From: Nemertoderma westbladi
Taxonomy: Eukaryota > Animalia > Xenacoelomorpha
NCBI GenBank assembly: GCA_032718475.1
Contig: JAUCBJ010008555.1
Location: forward strand, 1 to 64,000
Reading direction: 5' to 3'
DNA length: 64,000 nt
Within the stretch, counting starts at the first letter, position 1; every line of letters starts with the position of its first letter. Shown here one piece after another: positions 49,440-62,700 of this stretch. The notes beneath the pieces were generated by a model that did not search any database, had not been told where the DNA came from, and saw nothing but the letters and a program-made list of their open reading frames with translations. The translations under genes and the position numbers were made by a program.

Positions 49440-51238
49440 GTTAGTTTGCGAACAGTTCCGGGTATAGTGGGGATGTAACCCGCTGCGATGGTTAGTTAGC
49501 GAACAGTTCCGGGTATAGTGGGGATGTAACCCGCTGCGATGGTTAGTTAGCGAACAGTTCCGGGTATAGTGGGGACGGAACCCACTGCGACGGTTAGTTA
49601 GCGAACAGTTCCGGGTATAGTGGGGATGGAACCCACTGCGGTGGTTAGTTAGCGAACAGTTCCTGGTATAGTGGGGATGGAACCCATTGCGATGGTTAGT
49701 TAGCGAACAGTTCCGGGTATAGTGGGGATGGAACCCACTGCGATGGTTAGTTAGCGAACAGTTCCTGGTATAGTGGGGATGGAACCCACTGCGACGGTTA
49801 GTTAGCGAACAGTTCCGGGTATAGTGGGGATGGAACCCACTGCGGTGGTTAGTTAGCGAACAGTTCCTGGTATAGTGGGGATGGAACCCACTGCAATGGT
49901 TAGTTAGCGAACAGTTCCGGGTATAGTGGGGACGGAACCCACTGCGATGGTTAGTTAGCGCACACTCCCGGGTATAGTGGGGATGGAACCCACTGCGACG
50001 GTTAGTTAGCGAACAGTTCCGGGTATAGTGGGGATGGAACCCACTGTGATGGTTAGTTAGCGAACAGTCCCGGGTATAGTGGGGACGGAACCCACTGTGA
50101 TGGTTAGTTAGCAAACAGTTCCGGGTATAGTGGGGATGGAACCCACTGTGATGGTTAGTTAGCGAACAGTTCCGGGTATAGTGGGGATGGAATCCACTGC
50201 GACGTTTAGTTAGCGAACAGTTCCGGGTATAGTGGGGATGGAACCCACTGCGATGGTTAGTTAGCGAACAGTTCCGGGTATAGTGGGGATGGAATCCACT
50301 GCGATGGTTAGTTAGCAAACAGTTCCGGTATAGTGGGGATGGAACCCACTGCGATGGTTAGTTAGCGAACAGTCCCGGGTATAGTGGGGATGGAACCCAC
50401 TGCGATGGTTAGTTAGCGAACAGTCCCGGGTATAGTGGGGATGGAACCCACTGCGATGGTTAGTTAGCGAACAGTCCCGGGTATAGTGGGGATGGAACCC
50501 ACTGCGATGGCTAGTTAGCAAACAGTTCCGGGTATAGAGGGGATGGAACCCACTGTGATGGTTAGTTAGCGAACAGTCCCGGGTATAGCGGGGATGGAAC
50601 CCACTGCGATGGTTAGTTAGCGAACAGTCCCGGGTATAGCGGGAACGGAACCCACTGCGATGGTTAGTTAGCGCACACTCCCGGGTATAGTGGGGATGGA
50701 ACCCACTGCGATGGTTAGTTAGCGAACAGTTCCGGGTATAGTGGGGATGGAACCCACTGCGATGGTTAGTTAGCGAACAGTTCTGGGTATAGTGGGGACG
50801 GAACCCCCTGCGATGGTTAGTTAGCGAACAGTTCTGGGTATAGTGGGGACGGAACCCCCTGCGATGGTTAGTTAGCAAACAGTTCCGGGTATAGTGGGAA
50901 TGGAACCCACTGTGATGGTTAGTTAGCGAACAGTCCCGGGTATAGTGGGGACGGAACCCACTGTGATGGTTAGTTAGCAAACAGTTCCGGGTATAGTGGG
51001 ATGGAACCCACTGTGATGGTTAGTTAGCAAACAGTTCCGGGTATAGTGGGGATGGAACCCACTGTGATGGTTAGTTAGCGAACAGTTCCGGGTATAGTGG
51101 GGATGGAATCCACTGCGACGTTTAGTTAGCGAACAGTTCCGGGTATAGTGGGGACGGAACCCACTGCGATGGTTAGTTAGCGAACAGTCCCGGGTATAGC
51201 GGGGATGGAACCCACTGCGGTGGTTGATGGTTAGTTAG
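49408..51238 (+). repeat. 51-bp minisatellite (~36 copies) made of the exon E 3' end plus its 5' splice donor
   Basis: Unit CGGGTATAGTGGGGAYGGAACCCACTGCGATG|GTTAGTTAGCGAACAGTTC. Confidence 0.97.
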
Positions 51239-51304
51239 AAAACAATTCGTATTGCAGTTATAGTGTAGTAGATTGAGTTCGTGTAAACAATATCATTCAT
51301 TGTA

Positions 51305-54300
51305 GGGTCAGAGTAAAACGCGGATCCGGATCAGGATCCGGATTCTATCATTTAACATTGTCCCTATGGAAGTCGACTGAATTTACATTTTTAGGGTGTA
51401 ATCTGCGGATCCGTGCACTGCTAAATTTACCGAATCCGTAACCGAGTGTAAAATGCGGATTGGCCTTTTTTTCAGATCCGGAACGGAGTGTAAAGCGCGG
51501 ATTCATGTTTTAGGCTAAATCCTGAACGGAGTGTAAAACGCGGATTCATTTTTCTACTGAATCCGGGATTGGGTGTAAAATACGGATTCAGGTTTATTAC
51601 AAAGTTTTATTAAATCCGGAAGGGGTGTAAAATGCGGATTCAAGTTAATTACCATGTTTTATTGGATCCGGAATGGAGTGTAAAACGCGGATTCTAGTTA
51701 ATTACCAAGTTTTGTTGGATCCGGAATGGAGTGTAAAACACGGATTTTCGTTAATTACCAAGTTTTATTGGATCCGGAATGGAGTGTAAAACACGGATTT
51801 ACGTTAATTACCAAGTTTTATTGGATCCGGAATGGAGTGTAAAACACGGATTTACGTTAATTACCAAGTTTTATTGGATCCGGAATGGAGTGTAAAACAC
51901 GGATTTACGTTAATTACCAAGTTTTATTGGATCCGGAATGGAGTGTAAAATACGGATTTACGTTAATTACCAAGTTTTATTGGATCCGGAATGGAGTGTA
52001 AAACACGGATTTACGTTAATTACCAAGTTTTATTGGATCCGGAATGGAGTGTAAAACACGGATTTACGTTAATTACTAAGTTTTATTGGATCCGGAATGG
52101 AGTGTAAAACACGGATTTACGTTAATTACCAAGTTTTATTGGATCCGGAATGGAGTGTAAAACACGGATTTACGTTAATTACCAAGTTTTATTGGATCCG
52201 GAATGGAGTGTAAAATACGGATTTACGTTAATTACCAAGTTTTATTGGATCCGGAATGGAGTGTAAAACACGGATTTTCGTTAATTACCAAGTTTTATTG
52301 GATCCGGAATGGAGTGTAAAACACGGATTTACGTTAATTACCAAGTTTTATTGGATCCGGAATGGAGTGTAAAACACGGATTTTCGTTAATTACTAAGTT
52401 TTATTGGATCCGGAATGGAGTGTAAAACACGGATTTACGTTAATTACCAAGTTGTATTGGATCCGGAACGGAGTGTAAAACACGGATTTAGTTAATTACC
52501 AAGTTTTATTGGATCCGGGAAGGGGTGTAAAACGCGGATTCAAGTTAATTAGTAAGTTTTAATGAACAATTTGTAAAACGCATATGCAATAAAGACCCAG
52601 ACCCTCATCTAGTTACAATTATTAATTAGTGCAATGTTTATTGTTCTTTAGTAACTTTTCTTGGCTTGCTGACTTTCCTGGTTTTTTTCTTCTCCGGACT
52701 CGGGGTGCACGATGTTTGCGTAGTGAGTTCAAGCGGCTCAACAATGGCTGTATCATTGGTTGGACTCGGAATAACGAATCCCGTAAATGGAACCTTTACA
52801 AAGTCATCACTGTCATCCATGTTTAATAAGAAATTAAATAAGAAATTATACTGAACAGTTCAGCCTCCATAAATTAGGAAGGCAGCACGCTTGCAAGGCC
52901 TTAAATAGAGTACGCTATGATGCAGTACAAACTACCGCCAGCTAGGCAGAACAGTGATTCTTGTTTGTAAGGGAGGTTGGGATGGATAAGCCAATCAGGG
53001 AACAGGACAGTAATCCTACCATACAATTGTCTACAGAGCCGCTCTACCAGAGAGGTCACGTTCCCACGGTAGTAGTTTTTCAGCTAATCAATATCTAATA
53101 ATGTCTGACGGCCAAGCATCACCATCGCCCTTATTAATAATTCATTGGGAAGCATTGACCCCTATTAAGGTGTCCCCCAGAGCCGGATTAAGCTTATGTG
53201 TGGCCCCTAGACATAGACAAATTATTAAGGTGTCTATTAACTATTAAGGTGTCCCCCATTAATGTTTGTGTCCCTCATTAATGTGTGTCCCTCATTAATA
53301 GTTGTGTCCCTCATTAACAAACTCAGTAATTAACGTAAATCCGCATTTTACACCCCTTCCCGGATCCAGTAACACTTTGTAATTAACCTGAATCAATCCG
53401 CGTTTTACACCCCTTCCCGGATCTAGTAACACTTGGTAAATAAATTGAATCCGCGTTTTACACCCCTTCCCGGATCCATTAAAACTTGGTAATTAACGTA
53501 AATCCGTGTTTTACACTCCATTCCGGATCCAACAAAACTTGGTAATTAACGTAAATCCGTGTTTTACACTCCATTCCGGATCCAACAAAACTTGGTAATT
53601 AACGTAAATCCGTGTTTTACACTCCATTCCGGATCCAACAAAACTTGGTAATTAACGTAAATCCGTGTTTTACACTCCATTCCGGATCCAATAAAACTTG
53701 GTAATTAACGTAAATCCGTGTTTTACACTCCATTCCGGATCCAACAAAACTTGGTAATTAACGAAAATCCGTGTTTTACACTCCATTCCGGATCCAACAA
53801 AACTTGGTAATTAACGTAAATCCGTGTTTTACACTCCATTCCGGATCCAATAAAACTTGGTAATTAACGTAAATCCGTGTTTTACACTCCATTCCGGATC
53901 CAACAAAACTTGGTAATTAACGTAAATCCGTGTTTTACACTCCATTCCGGATCCAATAAAACTTGGTAATTAACGTAAATCCGTGTTTTACACTCCATTC
54001 CGGATCCAACAAAACTTGGTAATTAACGAAAATCCGTGTTTTACACTCCATTCCGGATCCAATAAAACTTGGTAATTAACGTAAATCCGTGTTTTACACT
54101 CCATTCCGGATCCAACAAAACTTGGTAATTAACGAAAATCCGTGTTTTACACTCCATTCCGGATCCAACAAAACTTGGTAATTAACGAAAATCCGTGTTT
54201 TACACTCCATTCCGGATCCAACAAAACTTGGTAATTAACGAAAATCCGTGTTTTACACTCCATTCCGGATCCAATAAAACTTGGTAATTAACGTAAATCC

Positions 54301-54511
54301 GTATTTTACACTCCATTCCGGATTCACAAAATATATGAATCCGCGTTTTACACTGCAATACGGATTGCGTATTTCAGAATCCGCATATTACACTCAGTTA
54401 CGGATTGTATGTAAATCCGGATCCGCCTTTTACACTCGCAAATCCGGGTCCTGATCCGTATCCGGATCCTGAATCCGGATCCGGATCCGGATCCGCGTTT
54501 TACACCTACCC
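51305..54511. mobile_element. Foldback (MULE-like) element with ~1.2-kb inverted arms built from 53-bp tandem repeats
   Basis: GGGT..AGTAAAACGCGGATCCGGATC / GATCCGGATCCGCGTTTTACACCTACCC termini; 9-bp TSD TTCATTGTA (51296-51304, 54512-54520); unit GGATCCGGAATGGAGTGTAAAACACGGATTTACGTTAATTACCAAGTTTTATT, inverted in the right arm. Confidence 0.92.
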
Positions 54512-54810
54512 TTCATTGTATGAATGAACAATATTATATTGTATACATATTATAACAATATTATTCACGGTTTTAATATATTTTATGCAAACCTCAATAA
54601 ACTGTCCTCTTGCGATCGGAAAGTTATTAAGTGTTTGCAGTTTTAGGCCTAGTTTTGTAAGATGCATTCAAATTATTAGCACTATTGTTTTAATTCAGTC
54701 TTCCATTTAGTTAGCACGATGATATCTTATAGAACTATATAAAGTAACTTAAGTTGCATTTAAATATAGAACAGAGATAATCATAATATATAATAATAAA
54801 CTGTTTCTAG

Positions 54811-54933
54811 ACGATGATGAATGCAGTTTGGGCACAGATGATTGCGATGATAACGCCAATTGCATCAACACAGATGGAGGATATGATTGTATATGTAGAA
54901 CGGGTTACTCTGGGAACGGAAGACAATGTGACC
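54811..54933 (+). CDS. cbEGF/ShKT gene exon F
   Basis: TTCTAG|...|GTAAGT, 123 nt; DDDECSLGTDDCDDNANCINTDGGYDCICRTGYSGNGRQCD. Confidence 0.92.
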
Positions 54934-55170
54934 GTAAGTGGCACCGACTATTTACTGTAGAGTACAATGTAACATGTGACACTGAGTATTGAGGAGATAT
55001 ACTTCGCAATATCCACACTAATTTCATTTTGATAATTATTTAATCACATCACTGATGTAATACGCGCTAAACAGATTCACTCAGCAATTACTTTAACGAA
55101 CGGCCGGTTCTAACGTATCTCTCCCAACTATCTACTTGTTCTCATCACCTATAAACTTCTACTTCCACAG

Positions 55171-55362
55171 CGATCAACGAATGTGAAGACGATAATCTCA
55201 ACAACTGTTCCCCATTGGCCGACTGCATCGACACGACCCCGGGATACGAATGCCGCTGTCGCACCGGTTACATGGGTCATTGCGACTTCTGTGTTGATAT
55301 TAATGAGTGCACAACAGGACTGCACAACTGTCACGGTCTAGCCGAATGCGTCAACACTGACG
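55171..55362 (+). CDS. cbEGF/ShKT gene exon G
   Basis: CCACAG|...|GTAAGT, 192 nt; INECEDDNLNNCSPLADCIDTTPGYECRCRTGYMGHCDFCVDINECTTGLHNCHGLAECVNTD. Confidence 0.92.
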
Positions 55363-57574
55363 GTAAGTCGGCACAACTGTCACGGTCTAGCCGAATGCGT
55401 CAACACTGACGGTAAGTCGCCACAACTGTCACGGTCTAGCCGAATGCGTCAACACTGACGGTAAGTCGCCACAACTGTCACGGTCTAGCCGAATGCGTCA
55501 ATACTGACGGTAATGCGGCATAACTGTCACGGTCTAGCCGAATGCGTCAACACTGACGGTAAGTCGGCACAACTGTTACGGTCTATCCGAATGCGTCAAC
55601 ACTGACGGTAATTCGGCATAACTGTCACGGTCTAGCCGAATGTAGTCGGCACAACTGTCACGGTCTAGCCGAATGCGTCAACACTGACGGTAAGTCGGCA
55701 CAACTGTCACGGTCTAGCCGAATGCGTCAACACTGACGGTAAGTCGGCACAACTGTCACGGTCTAGCCGAATGCGTCCACACTGACGGTAAGTCGGCACA
55801 ACTGTCACGGCCTAGCCGAATGCGTCACACTGACGGTAAGTCGGCACAACTGTCACGGCCTAGCCGAATGCGTCAACACTGACGGTAAGTCGGCACAACT
55901 GTCACGGCCTAGCCGAATGCGTCACACTGACGGTAAGTCGGCACAACTGTCACGGTCTAGCCGAATGCGTCAACACTGACGGTAAGTCGCCACAACTGTC
56001 ACGGTCTAGCCGAATGCGTCAACACTGACGGTAAGTCGCCACAACTGTCACGGTCTAGCCGAATGCGTCAATACTGACGGTAATGCGGCATAACTGTCAC
56101 GGTCTAGCCGAATGCGTCAACACTGACGGTAAGTCGGCACAACTGTTACGGTCTATCCGAATGCGTCAACACTGACGGTAATTCGGCATAACTGTCACGG
56201 TCTAGCCGAATGTAGTCGGCACAACTGTCACGGTCTAGCCGAATGCGTCAACACTGACGGTAAGTCGGCACAACTGTCACGGTCTAGCCGAATGCGTCAA
56301 CACTGACGGTAAGTCGGCACAACTGTCACGGTCTAGCCGAATGCGTCCACACTGACGGTAAGTCGGCACAACTGTCACGGCCTAGCCGAATGCGTCACAC
56401 TGACGGTAAGTCGGCACAACTGTCACGGCCTAGCCGAATGCGTCAACACTGACGGTAAGTCGGCACAACTGTCACGGTCTAGCCGAATGCGTCCACACTG
56501 ACGGTAAGTCGGCACAACTGTCACGGCCTAGCCGAATGCGTCACACTGACGGTAAGTCGGCACAACTGTCACGGCCTAGCCGAATGCGTCAACACTGACG
56601 GTAAGTCGGCACAACTGTCACGGCCTAGCCGAATGCGTCACACTGACGGTAAGTCGGCACAACTGTCACGGCCTAGCCGAATGCGTCACACTGACGGTAA
56701 GTCGGCACAACTGCCACGGCCTAGCCGAATGCGTCAACACTGACGGTAAGTCGGCACAACTGTCACGGTCTAGCCGAATGCGTCAACACTGACGGTAAGT
56801 CGGCACAACTGTCTCGGTCTAGCCGAATGCGTCAACACTGACGGTAAGTCGGCACAACTGTCACGGTCTAGCCGAATGCGTCACACTGACGGTAAGTCGG
56901 CACAACTGTCACGGTCTAGCCGAATGCGTCACACTGACGGTAAGTCGGCACAACTGTCACGGTCTAGCCGAATGCGTCAACACTGACGGTAAGTCGGCAC
57001 AACTGTCACGGTCTAGCCGAATGCGTCACACTGACGGTAAGTCGGCACAACTGTCACGGTCTAGCCGAATGCGTCACACTGACGGTAAGTCGGCGCAACT
57101 GTCACGGTCTAGCCGAATGCGTCACACTGACGGTAAGTCGGCACAACTGTCACGGTCTAGCCGAATGCGTCACACTGACGGTAAGTCGGCGCAGCTGTCA
57201 CGGTCTAGCCGAATGCGTCAACACTGACGGTAAGTCGGCACAACTGTCACGGTCTAGCCGAATGCGTCACACTGACGGTAAGTCGGCACAACTGTCACGG
57301 TCTAGCCGAATGCGTCACACTGACGGTAAATCGGCACAACTGTCACGGTCTAGCCGAATGCGTCAACACTGACGGTAAGTCGGCACAACTGTCACGGTCT
57401 AGCCGAATGCGACACACTGACGGTAAATCGGCACAACTGTCACGGTCTAGCCGAATGCGTCAACACTGACGGTAAGTCGGCACAACTGTCACGGTCTAGC
57501 CGAATGCGTCACACTGACGGTAAGTCGGCACAACTGTCACGGTCTAGCCGAATGCGTCACACTGACGGTAAGTC
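55322..57574 (+). repeat. 48/49-bp minisatellite (~46 copies) made of the exon G 3' end plus its 5' splice donor
   Basis: Unit GCACAACTGTCACGGTCTAGCCGAATGCGTCAACACTGACG|GTAAGTCG. Confidence 0.97.
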
Positions 57575-57857
57575 TGCGCGACAGGAATTCAAAACTGTCA
57601 CGGTGCGTCACATCAAACTGGGCCCTGGTGCTATTTTGCATATGGCCCACATTCTGGTGCGATTTGGATCATCTCTAAAATGCAGTATTAGTTGGTTGTC
57701 CGCGTAATATTGTGCGGTTTGTATATATATATAAGGCATGTGACATGTCCTTGTGGGGCATAAAGACAAATATTTTTGGAAATTTAGAGCAAAATATAAA
57801 ATTCCAGAGACATAATATAACTATTTCCGCAAATTCTTAATTATTTTATTGTTTCAG

Positions 57858-58065
57858 GTTCGTACGACTGCGTCTGTCCCCCTGGCTACTGGGGCCCCGG
57901 TACCCATTGCTTCAACCTCGATGAATGCGCCGAGCTGGTCAGCTGCCCCGACCACTCCCACTGCCTAGACAACCCTGGTAGTTACACTTGCGTCTGCAAC
58001 GTGGGATTCCATGCCGAAAATGGAGAATGCGTGGACGATGATGAATGTGAGAGTAATCCATGCAG
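57858..58065 (+). CDS. cbEGF/ShKT gene exon H
   Basis: TTTCAG|...|GTAAAC, phase 1-2; GSYDCVCPPGYWGPGTHCFNLDECAELVSCPDHSHCLDNPGSYTCVCNVGFHAENGECVDDDECESNPC completes the EGF begun in exon G. Confidence 0.92.
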
Positions 58066-58849
58066 GTAAACTTATATAATTTGTATGTAAAGCTTTACTG
58101 TGTAGTTTTATAATATATGAATGTTTGATACTGTAGCAGGTATAATTGGTCGATTCCTGCCAAGTAATTTATAATTTGATTTCTTCATAAAATTCCCTTT
58201 TTAACTTATTTATAACAGGAATAAAGATTATTCCTATAAATTCATGGATACAAAGGAAACAAAGGCAAGTTATTTCCCTAAAAATGGTCCGATTGTTTCT
58301 TTCATATATTATATTAGCTTACTTTCCTCGTGGGCTATGCGATGGGCGAACCTTTACAGTGGATATTACTGATGCACACCTATTATCCATATCATCAGCA
58401 GCAGCAACCGGAATTAATTGCATTTCGGGTATTGAAGGAGAAGCGCGATTATTTTCATGGCGGTATTATGTACCGGTATCAATGTTTGCTGCGAGCAAGG
58501 CATTTGGAAAGCAGAGATTGGAATAATGGCCATAAGGGGGGCTGAAAAGGCAATTTTGTGGAATAGGATCTAATATACGTATTTACATGAAAAACAATTA
58601 ATTTTTACAACTATGATCCCTCGCCCTTGATGCGCCATTAACCTGGCACGCTAAAGCTCGCTCGGTGAGTTTACATCTGGCTGGGGGGGTCTCTAGAGAA
58701 CCTATTTGCTTCATAAATATATTGAGTGTATTGTTTATCTTTTATATTTATTATGTACTCCAACCTAGAAGTCGTTAGTTTGACCCCACCTGGATATTAA
58801 ATATAAAACCTCGGAGTTATTCACCCAAAATATTGTTATTTTTTTTTAG

Positions 58850-59070
58850 TCCCAACGCTGACTGCCTCAACACGGGGGGTTCGTATCACTGCGAGTGTAA
58901 CGATGGTTACCGCGACGTGTATGGAGACGGGAATGTCTGCATTGACATCAACGAATGCACTGAGTTGGCTCACGATTGCGACCGCGACCACGGGATCTGC
59001 ACCAACACCGACGGGAGTTACACATGTACCTGTCCTGAAGGCTACCAAGGGAGTGGACGTTCATGCATAC
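58850..59070 (+). CDS. cbEGF/ShKT gene exon I
   Basis: TTTTAG|...|GTTAGT, phase 2-1; SPNADCLNTGGSYHCECNDGY...DINECTELAHDCDRDHGICTNTDGSYTCTCPEGYQGSGRSCI. Confidence 0.92.
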
Positions 59071-59715
59071 GTTAGTACGAAATATATAATAATTTGTATT
59101 TGTTCAGAAGTGAAACAATTGTGGAAGGATGTCATTGGCTATCGTCAACAGTTCGCTAACTCGTCAGCTACTGTCACCTGACAGAATCTTGCTCAATTAT
59201 TCCACTTCTATCGGTCAGACATACAGTCTTAGTTGCATCTCCGTTGGTTCAACCCCCAGTGTCTTCCCTCCATAATTTTTTCACTTCTGAATAAAATAAG
59301 ACAAGATCATTTACTATAGGCCTACAGCTTTACATTATGATCTCAACTCAAATTATTTATATACAAAATAATATACCAAATTATACTTACAGATATTAGA
59401 CTGACATTATATATTATATTATATATTAGACTGACAAACGAGTATAAACTAATATTTAATAATTTTTTGGAATTGATCGTCTTATTATTCATTGTATTTA
59501 TAATATTTATTATTTATTTGAGTTTAACATTTTTTTTCTTAATAATAGATCACGATTCAGCTGTGCATTCGTTAACGATGTAATGTTCAAATATCTTTAC
59601 AATGAAACTGAACCTTTAAATTGGGTAAAGATTAAAGCGGCACTTTCAACAAAGAATACATGTTTATTATTATTATTTTTATATTCTATTTAGTATGATT
59701 ACATATTATAGATTT

Positions 59716-62700
59716 ATTATTATTCCCATTTACTTTCAGTATCTGACGACTACTCCGATGTTATTATATCCCATTTACTTTCAGTATCTGACGACTGCTC
59801 CGATGTTATTATTTCCCATTTACTTTCAGTTTCTGACGACTGCTCCATTGTTATTATATCCCATTTACTTTCAGTATCTGACGACTGCTCCATTGTTATT
59901 ATTTCCCATTTACTTTCAGTATGTGACGACTGCTCCAATGTTATTATATCCCATTTACTTTCAGTATCTGACGACTGCTCCGATGTTATTATTTCCCATT
60001 TACTTTCAGTATCTGACGACTGCTCCAATGTTATTATTTCCCATTTACTTTCAGTATCTGACGACTGCTCCAATGTTATTATATCCCATTTACATTCAAT
60101 ATCTGACGACTGCTCCAATGTTATTATTTCCCATTTACTTTCAGTATCTGACGACTGCTCCGATGTTATTATTTCCCATTTACTTTCAGTATCTGACGAC
60201 TGCTCCGATGTTATTATTTCCCATTTACTTTCAGTATCTGACGACTGCTCCGATGTTATTATTTCCCATTTACTTTCAGTATCTGACGACTGCTCCGATG
60301 TTATTATTTCCCATTTACTTTCAGTATCTGACGACTGCTCCATTGTTATTATTTCCCATTTACTTTCAGTATCTGACGACTGCTTCGATGTTATTATTTC
60401 CCATTTACTTTCAGTATCTGACGACTGCTCCATTGTTATTATTTCCCATTTACTTTCAGTATCTGACGACTGCTCCGATGTTATTATTTCCCATTTACTT
60501 TCAGTATCTGACGACTGCTCCATTGTTATTATTTCCCATTTACTTTCAGTATCTGACGACTGCTCCGATGTTATTATTTCCCATTTACTTTCATTATCTG
60601 ACGACTGCTCCGATGTTATTATTTCCCATTTACTTTCAGTATCTGACGACTGCTCCGATGTTATTTTTTCCCAAATACTTTCAGTATCTGACGACTGCTC
60701 CGATGTTATTGTTTCCCATTTACTTTCAGTATCTGGCGACTGCTCCGATGTTTTTATTTCCCATTTACTTTCAGTATCTGACACTGCTCCGATGTTATTA
60801 TTTCCCATTTACTTTCAGTATCTGACGACTGCTCCATTGTTATTATTTCCCATTTACTTTCAGTATCTGACGACTGCTCCGATGTTATTATTTCCCATTT
60901 ACTTTCAGTATCTGACGACTGCTCCATTGTTATTATTTCCCATTTACTTTCAGTATCTGACGACTGCTCCGATGTTATTATTTCCCATTTACTTTCATTA
61001 TCTGACGACTGCTCCGATGTTATTATTTCCCATTTACTTTCAGTATCTGACGACTGCTCCATTGTTATTATTTCCCATTTACTTTCAGTATCTGACGACT
61101 GCTCCGATGTTATTATTTCCCATTTACTTTCAGTATCTGACGACTGCTCCGATGTTATTATTTCCCATTTACTTTCAGTATCTGACGACTGCTCCGATGT
61201 TATTTTTTCCCAAATACTTTCAGTATCTGACGACTGCTCCGATGTTATTATTTCCCATTTACTTTCAGTATCTGACGACTGCTCCGATGTTATTATTTCC
61301 CATTTACTTTCAGTATCTGACGACTGCTCCGATGTTATTATTTCCCATTTACTTTCAGTATCTGACGACTGCTCCGATGTTATTATTTCCCATTTACTTT
61401 CAGTATCTGACGACTGCTCCGATGTTATTATTTCCCATTTACTTTCAGTATCTGACGACTGCTCCGATGTTATTTTTTCCCAAATACTTTCAGTATCTGA
61501 CGACTGATCCGATGTTATTGTTTCCCATTTACTTTCAGTATCTGACGACAGCTCCGATGTTATTTTTTCCCAAATACTTTCAGTATCTGACGACTGCTTC
61601 GAGGTTATTATTTCCCATTTACTTTCAGTATCTGACGACTGCTCCGATGTTATTATTTCCCATTTACTTTCAGTATCTGACGACTGCTCCGATGTTATTA
61701 TTTCCCATTTACTTTCAGTATCTGAGGACTGCTCCGATGTTATTATTTCCCATTTACCTTCAATATCTGACGACTGCTCCGATGTTATTATTTCCCATTT
61801 ACTTTCAGTATCTGACGACTGCTCCGATTTTATTATTTCCCATTTACTTTCAGTATCTGACGACTGCTCCGATGTTATTATTTCCCATTTACTTTCAGTA
61901 TCTGACGACTGCTCCGATGTTATTATTTCCCATTTACTTTCAGTATCTGACGACTGCTCCGATGTTATTATTTCCCATTTACTTTCAGTATCTGAGGACT
62001 GCTCCGATGTTATTATTTCCCATTTACCTTCAATATCTGACGACTGCTCCGATGTTATTATTTCCCATTTACTTTCAGTATCTGACGACTGCTCCGATTT
62101 TATTATTTCCCATTTACTTTCAGTATCTGACGACTGCTCCGATGTTATTATTTCCCATTTACTTTCAGTATCTGAGGACTGCTCCGATGTTATTATTTCC
62201 CATTTACCTTCAATATCTGACGACTGCTCCGATGTTATTATTTCCCATTTACTTTCAGTATCTGACGACTGCTCCGATTTTATTATTTCCCATTTACTTT
62301 CAGTATCTGACGACTGCTCCGATGTTATTATATCCCATTTACATTCAATATCTGACGACTGCTCCAATGTTATTATTTCCCATTTACTTTCAGTATCTGA
62401 CGACTGCTCCGATGTTATTATTTCCCATTTACTTTCAGTATCTGACGACTGCTCCGATGTTATTATTTCCCATTTACTTTCAGTATCTGACGACTGCTCC
62501 GATGTTATTATTTCCCATTTACTTTCAGTATCTGACGACTGCTCCGATGTTATTATTTCCCATTTACTTTCAGTATCTGACGACTGCTCCATTGTTATTA
62601 TTTCCCATTTACTTTCAGTATCTGACGACTGCTTCGATGTTATTATTTCCCATTTACTTTCAGTATCTGACGACTGCTCCATTGTTATTATTTCCCATTT

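Noticed and set aside
49371-50980. His/Arg-rich minus-strand repeat ORFs
   Set aside because: Antisense translation of the 51-bp array.
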